63,964 bases of DNA, filler included, from Rhabdomonas costata (GCA_019059605.1; 52 parts of 52 records of this genome joined end to end with filler, not necessarily neighbours in it), one strand, 5' to 3'; numbered from the whole stretch's first letter, positions 11,288 to 23,230 are shown. Notes: generated by a model not told the origin, from the letters alone. Numbers and translations are program-made.

Positions 11288-12096
11288 CTCGGTTTCGTGG
11301 GTGACGGTGGGGTTCTTGCTGCCGGCCTCCCTGGACGCGAGAGGGAGTGCCGTGTAGCAGTACATTCGGTTGTCACTGACGGGGCAGCCCCCCACGGCGA
11401 CCACGCTGCACGACTCCGACCGAACAGCGAAGCCGTGGCAGCGAAAATCCTTTTAAAGAAAAAGAGCCTGCAAGATCAAGCCCGCCCTCGCCCTCTGATC
11501 AAAATATTGTGGGCAACTCGTGCACGCAAAAGCGGCCGTATCGTGTCGTATCTCGGTAATAGGGGACGACCTGAACGGCCACACCTGGCATGAAGACTTC
11601 CAGACAAAGATTCCCAACATGCAAGTCATTTGTCCTTTTGCACAATGGTACCGCGTCTGTGTGCATAATTATTAGCTTGGAAAAAATCAGTCAATGCAAC
11701 CCAGGATGGGATGTCGCCCATCTCATCATATCACCATCCCTACATCATGCACATATGGCAAACCAGGACAAGACCACCAGCCTGATCCAGCAGATAATCG
11801 CACTGAGGCGGCTGAGTGAGATGATATTCCGTGTGGTTTCTGCCGTTAATTCCAATGACTAATAATAAACCACGCCTATCTCCATTCATCGCAAACCCGT
11901 CAGCTACAAACTGTGAGCAGGGTCCTACGATGGGTGACCCAAAATACAGCAAAAGACCAAAAAGCTGAGCTCCCCGCACACCGGGGAAAACTTCTGCAGC
12001 ACGTGAAAGCTCTGCACGGCCATCATCTTCCGCAAGTCCCAAACCTTCATCAGCCCAGAGCGATCGCAGCTGACCACGCGGGGCGTCCCAGCAATG
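11288..12096 (-). CDS. WD40-repeat protein, two exons (12096-11982, 11449-11288)
   Basis: VVSCDRSGLMKVWDLR WD motif. The second exon is in phase through a GT...AAAG intron. Confidence 0.75.
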
Positions 12097-12439
12097 CTAC
12101 AGGCACACATGCAAAGGTACATGCACACAACCACACATGCTTCGCGCCATGGCAGTTTATCAAAGGAAGGCAACCTGCATCCTGAGGCTGAACACCAGAG
12201 AAACCTAACCTCTAAGTCAAACCACCCAACNNNNNNNNNNNNNNNNNNNNNNNNNNNNNNNNNNNNNNNNNNNNTTAATTAATTAANNNNNNNNNNNNNN
12301 NNNNNNNNNNNNNNNNNNNNNNNNNNNNNNGGGGTTGGGTCAAGGAACTCGTTCTCGGGTTGGTTGATGTGTTTCGCAGGGTTGAGCTCTGAAATGTTGT
12401 TATTATGTTTGTAACGCTTCATTGCTTCATCGGGCCACT

Positions 12440-12625
12440 GGTCTTTTTTGCATGTGCATTTTTCTACTTTCTGTTGGAAAATTGAAGGAACCTGGGGATT
12501 TTGGAGCTTCAGGACTTCAGGCGTCATGATAACCTGGGACATTTTCAGCTGCAGGGCGGTTGCTGAGGTTTTCAGAGCAAACCGATACGCAAGATTCTTG
12601 ATGTCAACGAGGTGGTGGCAGACAG
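12440..12625 (-). pseudogene. Possible highly decayed LTR-retroelement reverse transcriptase fragment
   Basis: LVDIKNLAYRFAL..TA...PSIFQQKV loosely parallels the RT pattern xDLxxAYxQ..TAF...PxxFQxxM. No YxDD motif is seen. Confidence 0.25.
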
Positions 12626-13005
12626 AACTTTCACGGACAGGGTTTCCCTGCGGAATCTCAGCTCCGGGGTTCCGCTGGAACTTGTTGTGCTGTGTTGTGT
12701 TGTGCTGTTTGTCCATGAAGCATTATCAGAACCTTGCACACCGTGGGGATACCTTCCTTACTATCTGTATGTAAATGACGAAAAGCAAGGATAAGGAGAG
12801 GAAACAAAGAGGGAGGGGAAGCAGCCTAACGTGATCTACCGCACCCTGCAAAGCGATGCAAATTTGCACGCATTCCTCTACTCAGTGTCTCCTTCCGCCC
12901 TTTCCTTGAACATTGCTTTTTGCACCACCACCCTCTCCCCATCCCTGTGGCTTTGTGACCTGAGATTGCCTGCCCCCATGGATGCCCTGCTTTACTCTGT
13001 GGTAG

Positions 13006-13269
13006 CTGTGGTTCGCGACGTTCTGGCCGGACTCCAACCACAGCGGGTGCTACGGCAGCGCCGCGGCCTCGCTGGCCCTGGCCCCCACGGTCGCCCTTCT
13101 GGAGCATGACTGGCTGGCCTCGGCGGTGGACAACTGGGTGGTGAAGTTCCTGCTGGAGGAGCAGCTCGGGATTGGGGTGAAGAGGGTCGGGGTGGACGAC
13201 CTGCTGGACTGGGGCAGCCTCTCTCCACTCTTCAACGGCACCGTGACCTTTGACCTGGAATACTGGCAT
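13006..13269 (+). CDS. Exon encoding a type 2 periplasmic-binding (OpuAC/ProX glycine-betaine-like) domain
   Basis: GTAG|...EHDWLASAVDNWVVKFLLEEQLGIGVKRV...NGTVTFDLEYWH|GT, matching the Wxs.....i..iLLEExLGxxV and GxvDxxxExW motifs. Confidence 0.65.
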
Positions 13270-13662
13270 GTCCACGTCCACCTCCCCCCTACTTTCGCAC
13301 ATGCGAACCACAGACAAAAGGCAACTGCTTTCCGCCACCGCTGCCATTGCACCTGCCTTGTTCGAGGAAAGAGAAAACACCCAGGCACCTGGATCCCAGA
13401 GTTGATGACCGCGAAGCATGGATATGCTTCACAACCATGGTCTTCTTTTTTCTACCACCAACCCNNNNNNNNNNNNNNNNNNNNNNNNNNNNNNNNNNNN
13501 NNNNNNNNTTAATTAATTAANNNNNNNNNNNNNNNNNNNNNNNNNNNNNNNNNNNNNNNNNNNNGGTTCTGCTGTTGGGCTTTTCTGGTGGACAGCAGGG
13601 TTGGGCTGAGTGACTGAGTGGCCTCCAGGCGGTCGGCGTGGCTTCGTTGGTCTTGTGTGTAG

Positions 13663-13768
13663 TGATAAGCAGCTCTTCGGGGAGGCATACCGTCGGCAGT
13701 TGTGTAAGCGGCTTCTGGCTAGGACGACGGATCAGGACCACGAGAAGGACATCTTAACCAAGCTCAAG
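13663..13768 (+). CDS. Cullin exon (absent from the ORF track)
   Basis: TGTAG|DKQLFGEAYRRQLCKRLLARTTDQDHEKDILTKLK|GTGTGA, matching cullin-homology DKDxFxxxYxxxLxxRLL...ExxxxxKLK. Confidence 0.88.
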
Positions 13769-15002
13769 GTGTGACCCGATGTTTCCATTCAGCGGTGATT
13801 TTAAATTTACCCTCCCCTCTGGCATGGTTCACAAACGCTTATCAGTGCTGAATTGAACTGCCTACTTGCTTGTAAAGAAAATGCACCGCGACGCTGGTAG
13901 ATATTGTATATGAGCCCAACCCTGCCCTCGTACTCGTAACCCCGTCACAATCAGTAGCATAGCTTTTCCCTGTCTTCCCAAAGCCCGGTACTCCACCAAT
14001 CATTTTCCCTCAGGTCCCTCCAACCAACAACCACCTTATCCACCTCTCTTCCGGCAAGCCCCACCCTTTCTCCAGAAACCTTTCCCTCCCTTCTTTTTTT
14101 CCGATCCCACCGAACTCCTGTGATTTCGTGTCAATTCACAAGTCCAGTGTTCAAAGATTTCGTGTCAATGTCGCTGCCGCGATAGTACAGTTCTCTGTCT
14201 GGCTCTTCGAGATTCTCCTGCATTTTGCGTTTAAAACATTGGTAGGTATTCGAAAAGTATTGTCGTTGTTCTGGATCAAACATCCCCACAAAGAGCCGCT
14301 TGCTGTCGTTTGAGTTCTTCAGAAAGCTATCAGGACAGCAATGGGTGGTCATGCGCACCGCATGGTTGAAACAACATTCTTGGGGTTACGTGTGAGCATA
14401 TCAAGGGTGCAACGTGTATCGAACGAACACTTTTTTCGCAACTGACGGAGCTAGTGCAATGGCTTGCACAGGGCACCCTCCCTCAGCCGAGTCAGATCGT
14501 TAAGGATCAGCTGTTTGCTCAGCACTACTGGGCTGACAAAGTGCATGTGTTCCTTCAGAAGGAACTTCTCGCAGATGCCCTCTCCGGGACAAGGTGAGAC
14601 TTCTGAGCTTGGGCAACCGTCATGCAGGTGCATGGCTGGGTGTGGCTCCAAACGCCAACCTCGGGTTCCGTTTTGAGCCACACCCCCCAACNNNNNNNNN
14701 NNNNNNNNNNNNNNNNNNNNNNNNNNNNNNNNNNNTTAATTAATTAANNNNNNNNNNNNNNNNNNNNNNNNNNNNNNNNNNNNNNNNNNNNGTGATGGGT
14801 GTGTTTTGGTGTTGTGTGGAACTCACGCTTTTCCTTTCTGCAAAGGGAGCTGACCATTTTGCGGAAAAAAAAAGCTCAGCGGAACGGGTGAGAAAAAAGG
14901 GGGTGGGTAGAAACACGGGTGTTTCCTGAAAGGTGTCTGTGAGTGAAAGCGGTGACAAAGAAGGTGCGAAGGAGGCGAGCGCATCCGCGCGGAGGAACGT
15001 GC

Positions 15003-15654
15003 CAGCTTGGAGAGCCGCCACAGGGAATCTGGTATGGGGCCCTTGAGGGTGTACTCCATCCCGTCCTCCCCGGTACGGCCGTTCATGATCAAAATCTCCA
15101 GGTTGGGCACGGAGTCGAAGACGTCCGGGATGGGCCCCTCGAAGCAGCTCATGGAGAGGATCAGCACCCGCAGCTCCCCACTCAGCTTCTGCGGGAGCAG
15201 CCCTTTGGCACGCCACCCCCACCCACCTACCCACCCACATCCACACGAACAGGATGGAAATCCAGGCACTTTATTCACCACCTGTCTCGAGGCGACCCCC
15301 ATCTCTTTATACTTGACACTTCGACCAGAAGGTCTTACATAGGTATTAATTAGCACCCGGAAGTGCGAGTGTGCCAGAAGGTGTGGGACCAGTGTTAGCA
15401 TTGCCATTAGCAGGGCGAGGAGAGCAGCGACTTGGGGTAAACTCCGGCAGGGCGCCAGAATCCCATGGCAGTAAAAGAAAACTCCCCGATTTCCAAGGGA
15501 AAGAAAAAACCAGAAAGGCAAAAGAAAAGAAAAGAAAAGCACGGAACGCAGGCACACCTCCGACTTGAGTCTGCTCGATGATTAGGGTGTCCAGAGTGGG
15601 GGGCATGCAGTGCAAAGTACCGCCCAGCGAGGGGTTGATCGGCAGAAAGAGTTT
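15003..15654 (-). CDS. Plant-type leucine-rich-repeat protein, two exons (15654-15558, 15202-about 15003)
   Basis: Splicing gives continuous LRRs: LDTLIIEQTQVGGLLPQKLSGELRVLILSMSCFEGPIPDVFDSVPNLEILIM...LKGPIPDSLWRLSKL. Confidence 0.85.
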
Positions 15655-16023
15655 CTGCATCCCCAACAAAAAAGGGGCAAGAGAAAACTGATGCGTCTGG
15701 AGCACAAGAAGCATCCATCCGTGCTACCCTTGAAAACCGCGAATTTACCACAAACACAAGGCACACTAAGAACAAGGGGATAGACATGAGAAGAGGGCGT
15801 GCAGAGGGAGGTTTAACAGAATTAGCAAAGGGGAAGATCGAGAACAGGAGGGGAAGGACCTTTTGATTTTGCTTTACGTCGGGCTTGGGTTTTGATATAC
15901 GAAGGAACTGTACGCTGGCACACNNNNNNNNNNNNNNNNNNNNNNNNNNNNNNNNNNNNNNNNNNNNTTAATTAATTAANNNNNNNNNNNNNNNNNNNNN
16001 NNNNNNNNNNNNNNNNNNNNNNN

Positions 16024-16600
16024 GGGGGGTCTGATTCCAGCTATCCCGACCATGTACCCGCAGTAATCTACCTCTGGATGCGCCCATGTGCACTTCTTTG
16101 GTAAATAAAAGAAGCGCTCCTCACGAAAGTTGTCGTAAATCTGCCTCAATTCCGCCAAATGTTCCTCAAAATTCATAGTGTATATCAAGATGTGGTTGAT
16201 GTAGGCTCCTGCAAACTTTTCATCTTTTAAAAGATGAATTTCATCGTCTTCGGAAGGTAGCGGGTCATTGCAGAGTCCAAACTGCATGAAATGGTAGGCG
16301 AAAGTACCGCGCTTTGTTTTGAAGGCTGTGCACTCAACGTAATTTGGTGGAAGCCAAGTTTGCAGAAGAAGAAGCTATCTCCAACTTTATCAAGCATCTT
16401 GTCTATGCTGGGAATGTGGTACTTGTTGATGTGTAGGTATTCCACCACCATCAGCAGCTTCACGTTGGCTTTGTGGACGAAAATGATACGGAGCCTGAGC
16501 CGTGCTGTATCACCAACAGTTTACACATCTGGCACTGAAACCTTATTAGGAGCAGCCGGATTGATTTAGAGCCATAGATGTGTTGATTCAGGCTCAATAA
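16024..16600 (-). mobile_element. Decayed Ty3/gypsy LTR-retrotransposon reverse transcriptase
   Basis: IIFVHK..LLMVVEY..INK..IPSIDKMLD..FFCKLGFHQI, MQFGLCN.P, AYINHILIY (YxDD destroyed), KKC...EVDYCGY. Frameshifts and deletions are present. Confidence 0.9.
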
Positions 16601-17089
16601 CACGTTCATGAGTGGAAGAATTTGACGTGGGCACAATTGCATTCAGTTGCTGGTTATGTGCACCTTTGGAAGGAGGAATGTATGTTTGAATGGATGATAC
16701 AGAACTTACCAATTGCTTTTGCAACACGAGTAATCTTCTTTCCCATCAAAATCTGCACTGTCATCTCCACGCGGTTAATTAAAGTGTTAAAGTGATGGCG
16801 GAAACGATAGCACAAAACAATGGGAAGATGAGTTTCAATAACATGCAAGAAAAGCATCACCAGCAATTCCACTATCTTCCCTTGCAAGAAAACATGGTGT
16901 TTCACTCTCTTGGTATTCAAATTCGCGACCTTCACCTGATTATTTGACTTCAAATGCAATAATTTGTGGACTGACTCGCGCAAAAAGTCCGCACTGATGA
17001 ACGATTTTGAAGCTCAAGAGTACAGCAAAGCAAAGTGTGTTGTTTCTACAACTGTTACTAGCATAAATACCAAAGGAATTGGAGCATGT

Positions 17090-17152
17090 GGTTTGGACAA
17101 GTCCTCATAAAAGGTAGAGGCCACAGATCATTTGTGAGGACTTGTCCAAACC
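17090..17152. repeat. Terminal fold-back inverted repeat (22-bp arms)
   Basis: 17090-17111 versus 17131-17152 match at 21/22 positions and abut the contig end. Confidence 0.8.
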
Positions 17153-17594
17153 CCCCNNNNNNNNNNNNNNNNNNNNNNNNNNNNNNNNNNNNNNNNNNNN
17201 TTAATTAATTAANNNNNNNNNNNNNNNNNNNNNNNNNNNNNNNNNNNNNNNNNNNNGGGTGGGTTGTGTTAATACTACAAAAAACCTGTATCTACCCGAG
17301 ATGCATATCTCAGTCATGCCCGATGTTATAATGTCTTTCTTACGCCAAGACAAAAATTATTTTCCCGCCTTAGCTGGGGTCAGGAGGCGAATCAAACAAT
17401 TAAATTTCAGCGTGTCGGTGGCCTCTTCTGGAAGCCTCTTTCTCTCGAAACAGCAATACTGCACTGCGATCGAGTGAAATCCCGGACGAATACTGACCGA
17501 TCACCAGTGCGTTTGAGCAGACTACCTTAAGTTCTGCAAACACCTTCCCCACCACCCCAAAGGGGGGGAGGGGGGGTGCAGGGCACACGCATGC

Positions 17595-17794
17595 CCAGGA
17601 CGGTGTAGTTCATGCGGTCGCGGCACCCCATGTTGCCCACCAGTACGCTGTCCGAGTGAAGCCCTATCCGCACCTCCACCCGGGGCCACCCCCGCATCCC
17701 CCACACCGTGTTCAGGGCCTCCAGCTGCCCTACCACCCGCAGGGCCGCCTCACACCCCATTCGCTCGGGCGCCCCCAAGGGCCGCGGGGCACCC
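17595..17794 (-). CDS. Class III adenylate cyclase exon (bacterial-like WGAP subtype)
   Basis: (W)GAP...GCEAAL...LEALNTVWGMRGWPRVEVRIGLHSDSVLVGNMGCRDRMNYTVLG. TAAAG acceptor and a probable GC donor. Confidence 0.92.
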
Positions 17795-19722
17795 CTTTAC
17801 ATAATGAGGGCGGGACTATATATGTTGAACCATCGCAGCCACCAACTGTGCGGCTACCGGGTTGAAAATCATTCCGCTGAGGAGAGGAACCAAGTGGCAC
17901 CCCGTTCCATTCAAGGGGAGAAACCCCAACAGATAAAAACACTGGGTTACTGACTGCGCAGGTACCACCTTCGCTAATTGTCCAAAGGCAAATACTGACT
18001 GTCAAAAGATCAGAGCCGCAGCTCGAATTGGGCAGTAACTACGAGACTAGTCACAGCAATTACCTCTGCGTGTTAAATCACTGAATTCCGACCTGCCTGT
18101 ACCATACACACCCCTACTTTAGAGTGCTCGAGTTTGGGAAACATCACAAAAAAGATGGCACAGCAAAAATCTGCATTTCACCTTAAACTCAGAGGCGGTC
18201 AGACGTTTTCTATGAGTGAGAAATAAGGGCCATTAGGACTTGCAAAGGTTTGGAGTGGGGGATTCCGTTTTTGATGTGCATTGCCTCATCGCAATGCGCC
18301 TGTGCAACTTTTTCAGAATTCACGCAGGTAAATTGGATGCCGATTCGCCCTTGCTGCCAAAAGCTAACGGTCAAAAAGGTCAAAAAACTNNNNNNNNNNN
18401 NNNNNNNNNNNNNNNNNNNNNNNNNNNNNNNNNTTAATTAATTAANNNNNNNNNNNNNNNNNNNNNNNNNNNNNNNNNNNNNNNNNNNNGTGTGTGTGGT
18501 TTGCGCCCGGTGTATTTGAGCAATCCAACGCATGGGACAATTGGGGGATGGGGACCGTGACAGGTGCTTCTCCGTTTGTTTGGGTTTGTTTTGGCCCCGC
18601 CTTGCCCTGGCGGCCAGAATTCTTACAACGGGGTCACTGCGTACACTACTTCTTCCGCCGTTTCGGCTGGAGAGCGGTCCAGAGGCCGCCACTTCGAACG
18701 TCCACCGCCCACCGATGCCGAGCCACAAGCAGACCACAACGGTCGGGTTCCGACCATTCCTCTTGCTTTTCCACTTCCGCTGATCACTGCACGACCTGCC
18801 CGGCGCGGCCGCAGAACGTCTACCTGACCGGGTTCGGCAGGGACGTTCGTTCAGTCGATTGCCTCCCTGACCGTAAAACTGCTGAATCCGACAGGCACGA
18901 AGGCAGGTGTTGAGAATTTCCTGGCTGACCATGGCCCCCGAAAATACCCTATGGCGGGCAGAGCTAGGTTTGGGTCATCTAGGTTGACTGTCCGACACGT
19001 AGAGAATGTGAAGTATAAACTTCACATTTTTCCAGGTGTTTTCAAACCCCACTCATTATCTTTCTTTCACTGGCGATGGGCGATGGTCCCAGGTAATCCC
19101 AGCATTTTCCGACGTTTGGACCCACTTTTGGCCCATTTACCTGTTCTTTGCCCCTTAAGGAGCTCTTTCACTCTAATTCAGATCCGCTGCCTAGTAATAA
19201 GGACGATATTCAGGCGGACCTTTGCAAGTTTGCGGCTCAACCGCAGTTAAATTGTTCGATGCGACTTCCGCTCTAGGTTGAGACCCATGTCAACAGACAC
19301 CAGGAGAGCCTTCCACCTCCAGCCAAACTGGAAGCACTGCGCAGGATGTAAACGAGTGTAACCTTGAGACAGGAATGCCCGCGGGCTTAACCCAGCGGAA
19401 TGCAGAATGCAAAAACCGAGAAACAACGCAGGCAGCTTTCTCTCTTTCTGTCGAGCTGACAAACATCTCTGCCTTTCTGCCAAATGTCTCTAACCCGCTT
19501 CACCCCAAGAAAGCAACTCTCTATTTTCGCACTTCCCTTCCTATGGGTGCAGGGCAAGGGTCGTCTGTGTGGAATTTCCCGACCAAATGGCGGAAAACTC
19601 ACGCACGCAGAGCGTCACCCCCNNNNNNNNNNNNNNNNNNNNNNNNNNNNNNNNNNNNNNNNNNNNTTAATTAATTAANNNNNNNNNNNNNNNNNNNNNN
19701 NNNNNNNNNNNNNNNNNNNNNN

Positions 19723-20854
19723 TGGGGTGGGTGGCACCGCGGGTGCATCAACGGTGTCCGTGATGTCAGAGATCCACAGCAGGAAGGAGGCGACAGTTTC
19801 CTCGTCATGACAGCCATACATGAGTTGCCCATCGCAGGCTTCCCGCTGCAGCTGATGGACCATCCTCCGCACGGCCTGGCCGAGCATAAGCAGCATATCC
19901 GTAGGGGGCTGGTCCTCCTGAATTACCAGAGGAAAGGGTCTGGCCTGCAGACGCCTTCGTAGGAGCATTTCGGTGGAGAGGCGGAATCGAGCAAAACGGC
20001 TTCTCAGAGGCAGAGGGAGCAGAGACATCTGCGATTCGGGAAAAATTACGACAAGCTTGAAGTCGGGATGGACCCGGCAACTTGTTGATAAGGACCCAAC
20101 CGCCACGTTTGCAAAGTAGGCGGCTCGGCCGCCAGACAGCACTTTTCTGAAGTGCCGGTTCGTCACATCATACAGAGAGCTCATTATGCTCAAGCCATTC
20201 ACCAGGACGACGATGTCTCCCACGGGCATGGCAGCTTTGATTAGTGCAACAGCTTCCCCTCGGCTAGCTTCCTTGGCATCCTCAGCAAAGGCAGCCACGT
20301 GTACGATTCTGCTCCGCTGAGGATCCAGAAGATTGAGCTCAAAAAGAAGCCGAAGAGCAACACCGCTGTCCGTTGGATCGACTATCATGGCATTGCGAAT
20401 GGAGGAAGTGTTCGGATCCTCATGGGGCTCCAGACGTTGGCTCAGGTTTGCCCCCAGCAGAGAAACGGTGCAGTCGCCCAAAGTGAGAAGAGCAGCTTCC
20501 AGAGAGCTTGACAGCTCAGGGTGATGTCGGCGCATGCCCTGGAGAAAAGGTGCGGCAATCGATGCAAGAAAAGCTTCATATGAGCTCCCTCCAAAGTTCG
20601 CCATCAGGGCGCGAGCCACAGCTTCAGGTTCCAGCTTCACGCAAAACCCTTCCGGATGTTCATCCTTGTAAACGGCACAGCTGTCCCGAATGTGCCGCAG
20701 AAAAAACAGGAAATCCCTCAACTGAAAAAGGTTGTGTTGCGTAGCTTCGGAGACGGCGAAGAAACCTGCGCACAAGGAGGTGACCACACACTGCGCCTCA
20801 TGGTCTCCCTTCTCAGCTCTTACGGCGCCATACAGGCAGTACCAGGCAAGCTTT
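19723..20854 (-). CDS. RNF213: RNF213 (mysterin)-like protein, internal AAA+ region, uninterrupted across the whole contig
   Basis: Motifs FQLRDFLFFLR, IKAAMPVGDIVVLVN..IMSSLYDVTNRHF, ANVAVG....CRVHPDFKLVVI and LPLPLRSRF match RNF213 FGLRDYY / IKxCMETGxxVxLLN..LYESLYDALNQ / CRVHPxFRLIVI / PxPLxNRxEK as I recall them. Confidence 0.85.
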
Positions 20855-21178
20855 NNNNNNNNNNNNNNNNNNNNNNNNNNNNNNNNNNNNNNNNNNNNTT
20901 AATTAATTAANNNNNNNNNNNNNNNNNNNNNNNNNNNNNNNNNNNNNNNNNNNNGGGGTGTGGGGGTCTTCGCTGTGCGACAATTGTGAACCCTGATGGG
21001 ATGATTACCAGAGAGTAGTACTCGCCAGAAACCACATTAACCAAGCTCTCTGGTGCCCAAAACCGTGCCCCGAACGTGGCTTGGGGCGCTGACTGAGGCA
21101 CTGCAGGAAGTTTTATGAGTGAAATTGGGTTGGCAAAGTGTTTTTCATCAAACGCATTCGCTAGGGCTACGGTCAGAC

Positions 21179-21450
21179 CTTGCCTTCCAGGCGTTGGCCT
21201 GCTCCATCAGTCTTCGCTTGGCCTGCCGGAGCTCCTTTAGCGGGGTGTCACGGTACTTCGCCTCTAAAGGGGCGAGGTCCACCAGAGCTGTGGCCATGGC
21301 CTTGGTGCCCTTGCCCGAAGCCTTGCCTTTCTTCTTCTTGCCCTTGGTCTTGCCCTTCTCGGGGGGCGGGGAGGGCTCCAGAGCAGCGGTGGGCACCTCG
21401 TCCGTGGAGGACGGCACCTCGTCGGTGCCCAGAAACGTCGGGTGCGTGGG
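21179..21450 (-). CDS. Exon of unknown protein with a Lys-rich segment
   Basis: TTCAG acceptor and AAG|GTCTG donor. High GC3; TDEVP occurs twice, followed by KGKTKGKKKKGK and a helical LEAKYRDTPLKELRQAKRRL. Confidence 0.55.
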
Positions 21451-22394
21451 CTGAAGTGCACCCCAAAGTGTGAGAGAGAGCGATGAATCGGGTTTCGGAG
21501 AGGGGCAGGGCCAACAGCAGCTTGCCTCAATATTTCAAGGTTGCTCAAGGTTGGAATCTAGGGCACACTCGGGTTCGGTAAAAACTCATGTCTACAAGAA
21601 TGGAAGGCTGTATCGCAATTTAGTGAGGCGATGGCCCCAACGAAAACTACGTAGCACCATTCCAATAAGAAAGAAAACCAGTAATGAACGCAACGTTTCC
21701 CTTGTCTCCTTCGCACCACCGTTTCGACAGAGTAGAGTACCACCCGTGACAGGGCTACATATTTACACTGGTCAACATTGACAGGTATAAAAATAGTTGC
21801 CGGCACACCGGCGTGCAGGTGGGCGGACGGTGCTCCAGCCTACAGTTCTTTCTCTTATCAGTGCGCAGGCCTGCAAAGGGCCAAAAAGGGCCCTTGCAAG
21901 CCGGTGTAGAGGCAAAAAGGGCTCAAAAATACCCCAAAATGGCCCTGAAATGGCCTCTAGCGTGGCACTAAACCGAAGCATTCCGGTCCACTCCGGTGCC
22001 AGCATGAAGTACTCCTGGGCTCTACCCTTAGGGATGCTAAATAGGCCCTGCCGAAAGCTTAGGCTCAGTATGCAGGCTTGCAAAGGGCNNNNNNNNNNNN
22101 NNNNNNNNNNNNNNNNNNNNNNNNNNNNNNNNTTAATTAATTAANNNNNNNNNNNNNNNNNNNNNNNNNNNNNNNNNNNNNNNNNNNNCAGCAACGGAGC
22201 AATGAGCACTCTCTAACTGCTGCAAACGCCCGAAGCGGGGTGGAGACTGTGTGAGTTGAAAATGCGATGGAGTAAAATTACCTCATTTTCTGTCTTCTCA
22301 TGGCATTCGGAGACACCTGAAAAAATGAGCTCTAAAGAGAAAGAACGGTAACGGGCGCAAGGAAACTACAGCTATCATCACAAGTGAGGAAAAC

Positions 22395-23230
22395 CTCGGG
22401 CGAAGAAACGTCGACCAAATCGGGAAGTTTGAGAGGAGTCAGCGCTGCTGCGGTCTTTTTCGGAGATACATGCGAAAGTGCGCACGCTTCAGGTCGGTTG
22501 AAAGAAAACAGTACCCTGCTCCTGCAGCATGCCAAAGCATTTTGCTTGTACGACTCGGCTATCTGCACACATCTGTGAATACTTTACCAACCAAAACGGG
22601 TCCTTTCACATTTTCTCTGCAGTCTTGCCAACTGTTTACGGCACAAGATGCGACAAGCTTTTCAACAACAAAACTACACCCTGACCCCAAATTCATAGCC
22701 AGAACCGGAGGTACAGGTGCGGGACGGTCCCGCTGCGTCAGGGGCTTCAGGCGCTGAAACGGGGCCCTGGCCTCCTCTTCCTGAAATACAGCCAAAGCGC
22801 AACCAAGCAACCAAGCAACCAGGCAAACCGCGTGAACGGTTCACTGCGAGATTTGAACTGAGCAGGCAAGACAGGGAGACAACAAACGACACACCAGAAC
22901 GCAAAGGTGGCTGCGAAAGTATTCCAGGGGGCCCTTGAAAACCGGAGAGGTTGCGATCAAGTCAGCAGACGGGCGCCTGCTCGGCTCCTTTTGTGTGAGA
23001 AAAAGACAGACGGCAAGACAAGTGACGCTTCGTTTACACTCGACACTGCCCTAAAAGAAGGGCACAATGCCTTCGATAAGCAAGCCCTGACCAAGTAGTT
23101 CAGACCGAAACTGTAACCTTCCTTGAATGCAATCGCCTGATCATTCCATCGGCGGATTCGAGAAACAACCGTGCGAATGTCATCTCCGCTGAAGAGCCTC
23201 CGGAGGTGAAGCAGTTCATAGAAGACACAG
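22395..23230 (-). CDS. NEK-like Ser/Thr kinase C-lobe and tail, four exons (23230-23071, 22987-22895, 22780-22706, 22454-22395); kinase exons absent from the ORF track
   Basis: CVFYELLHLRRLFSGDDIRTVVSRI...YSFGLNYLVRACLSK|EPSRRPSA covers subdomains IX-XI. The last two exons are in phase but less certain. Confidence 0.85.

Noticed and set aside
14131-14620. Minus-strand ORF pieces as a retroelement
   Set aside because: Interrupted frames with no diagnostic motif.
21858-22088. About 207-bp-period direct repeat (TCAGT..GCAGGCYTGCAAAGGGC) as a satellite
   Set aside because: Only about 24 bp of the second copy is visible before the contig ends, so it cannot be established.
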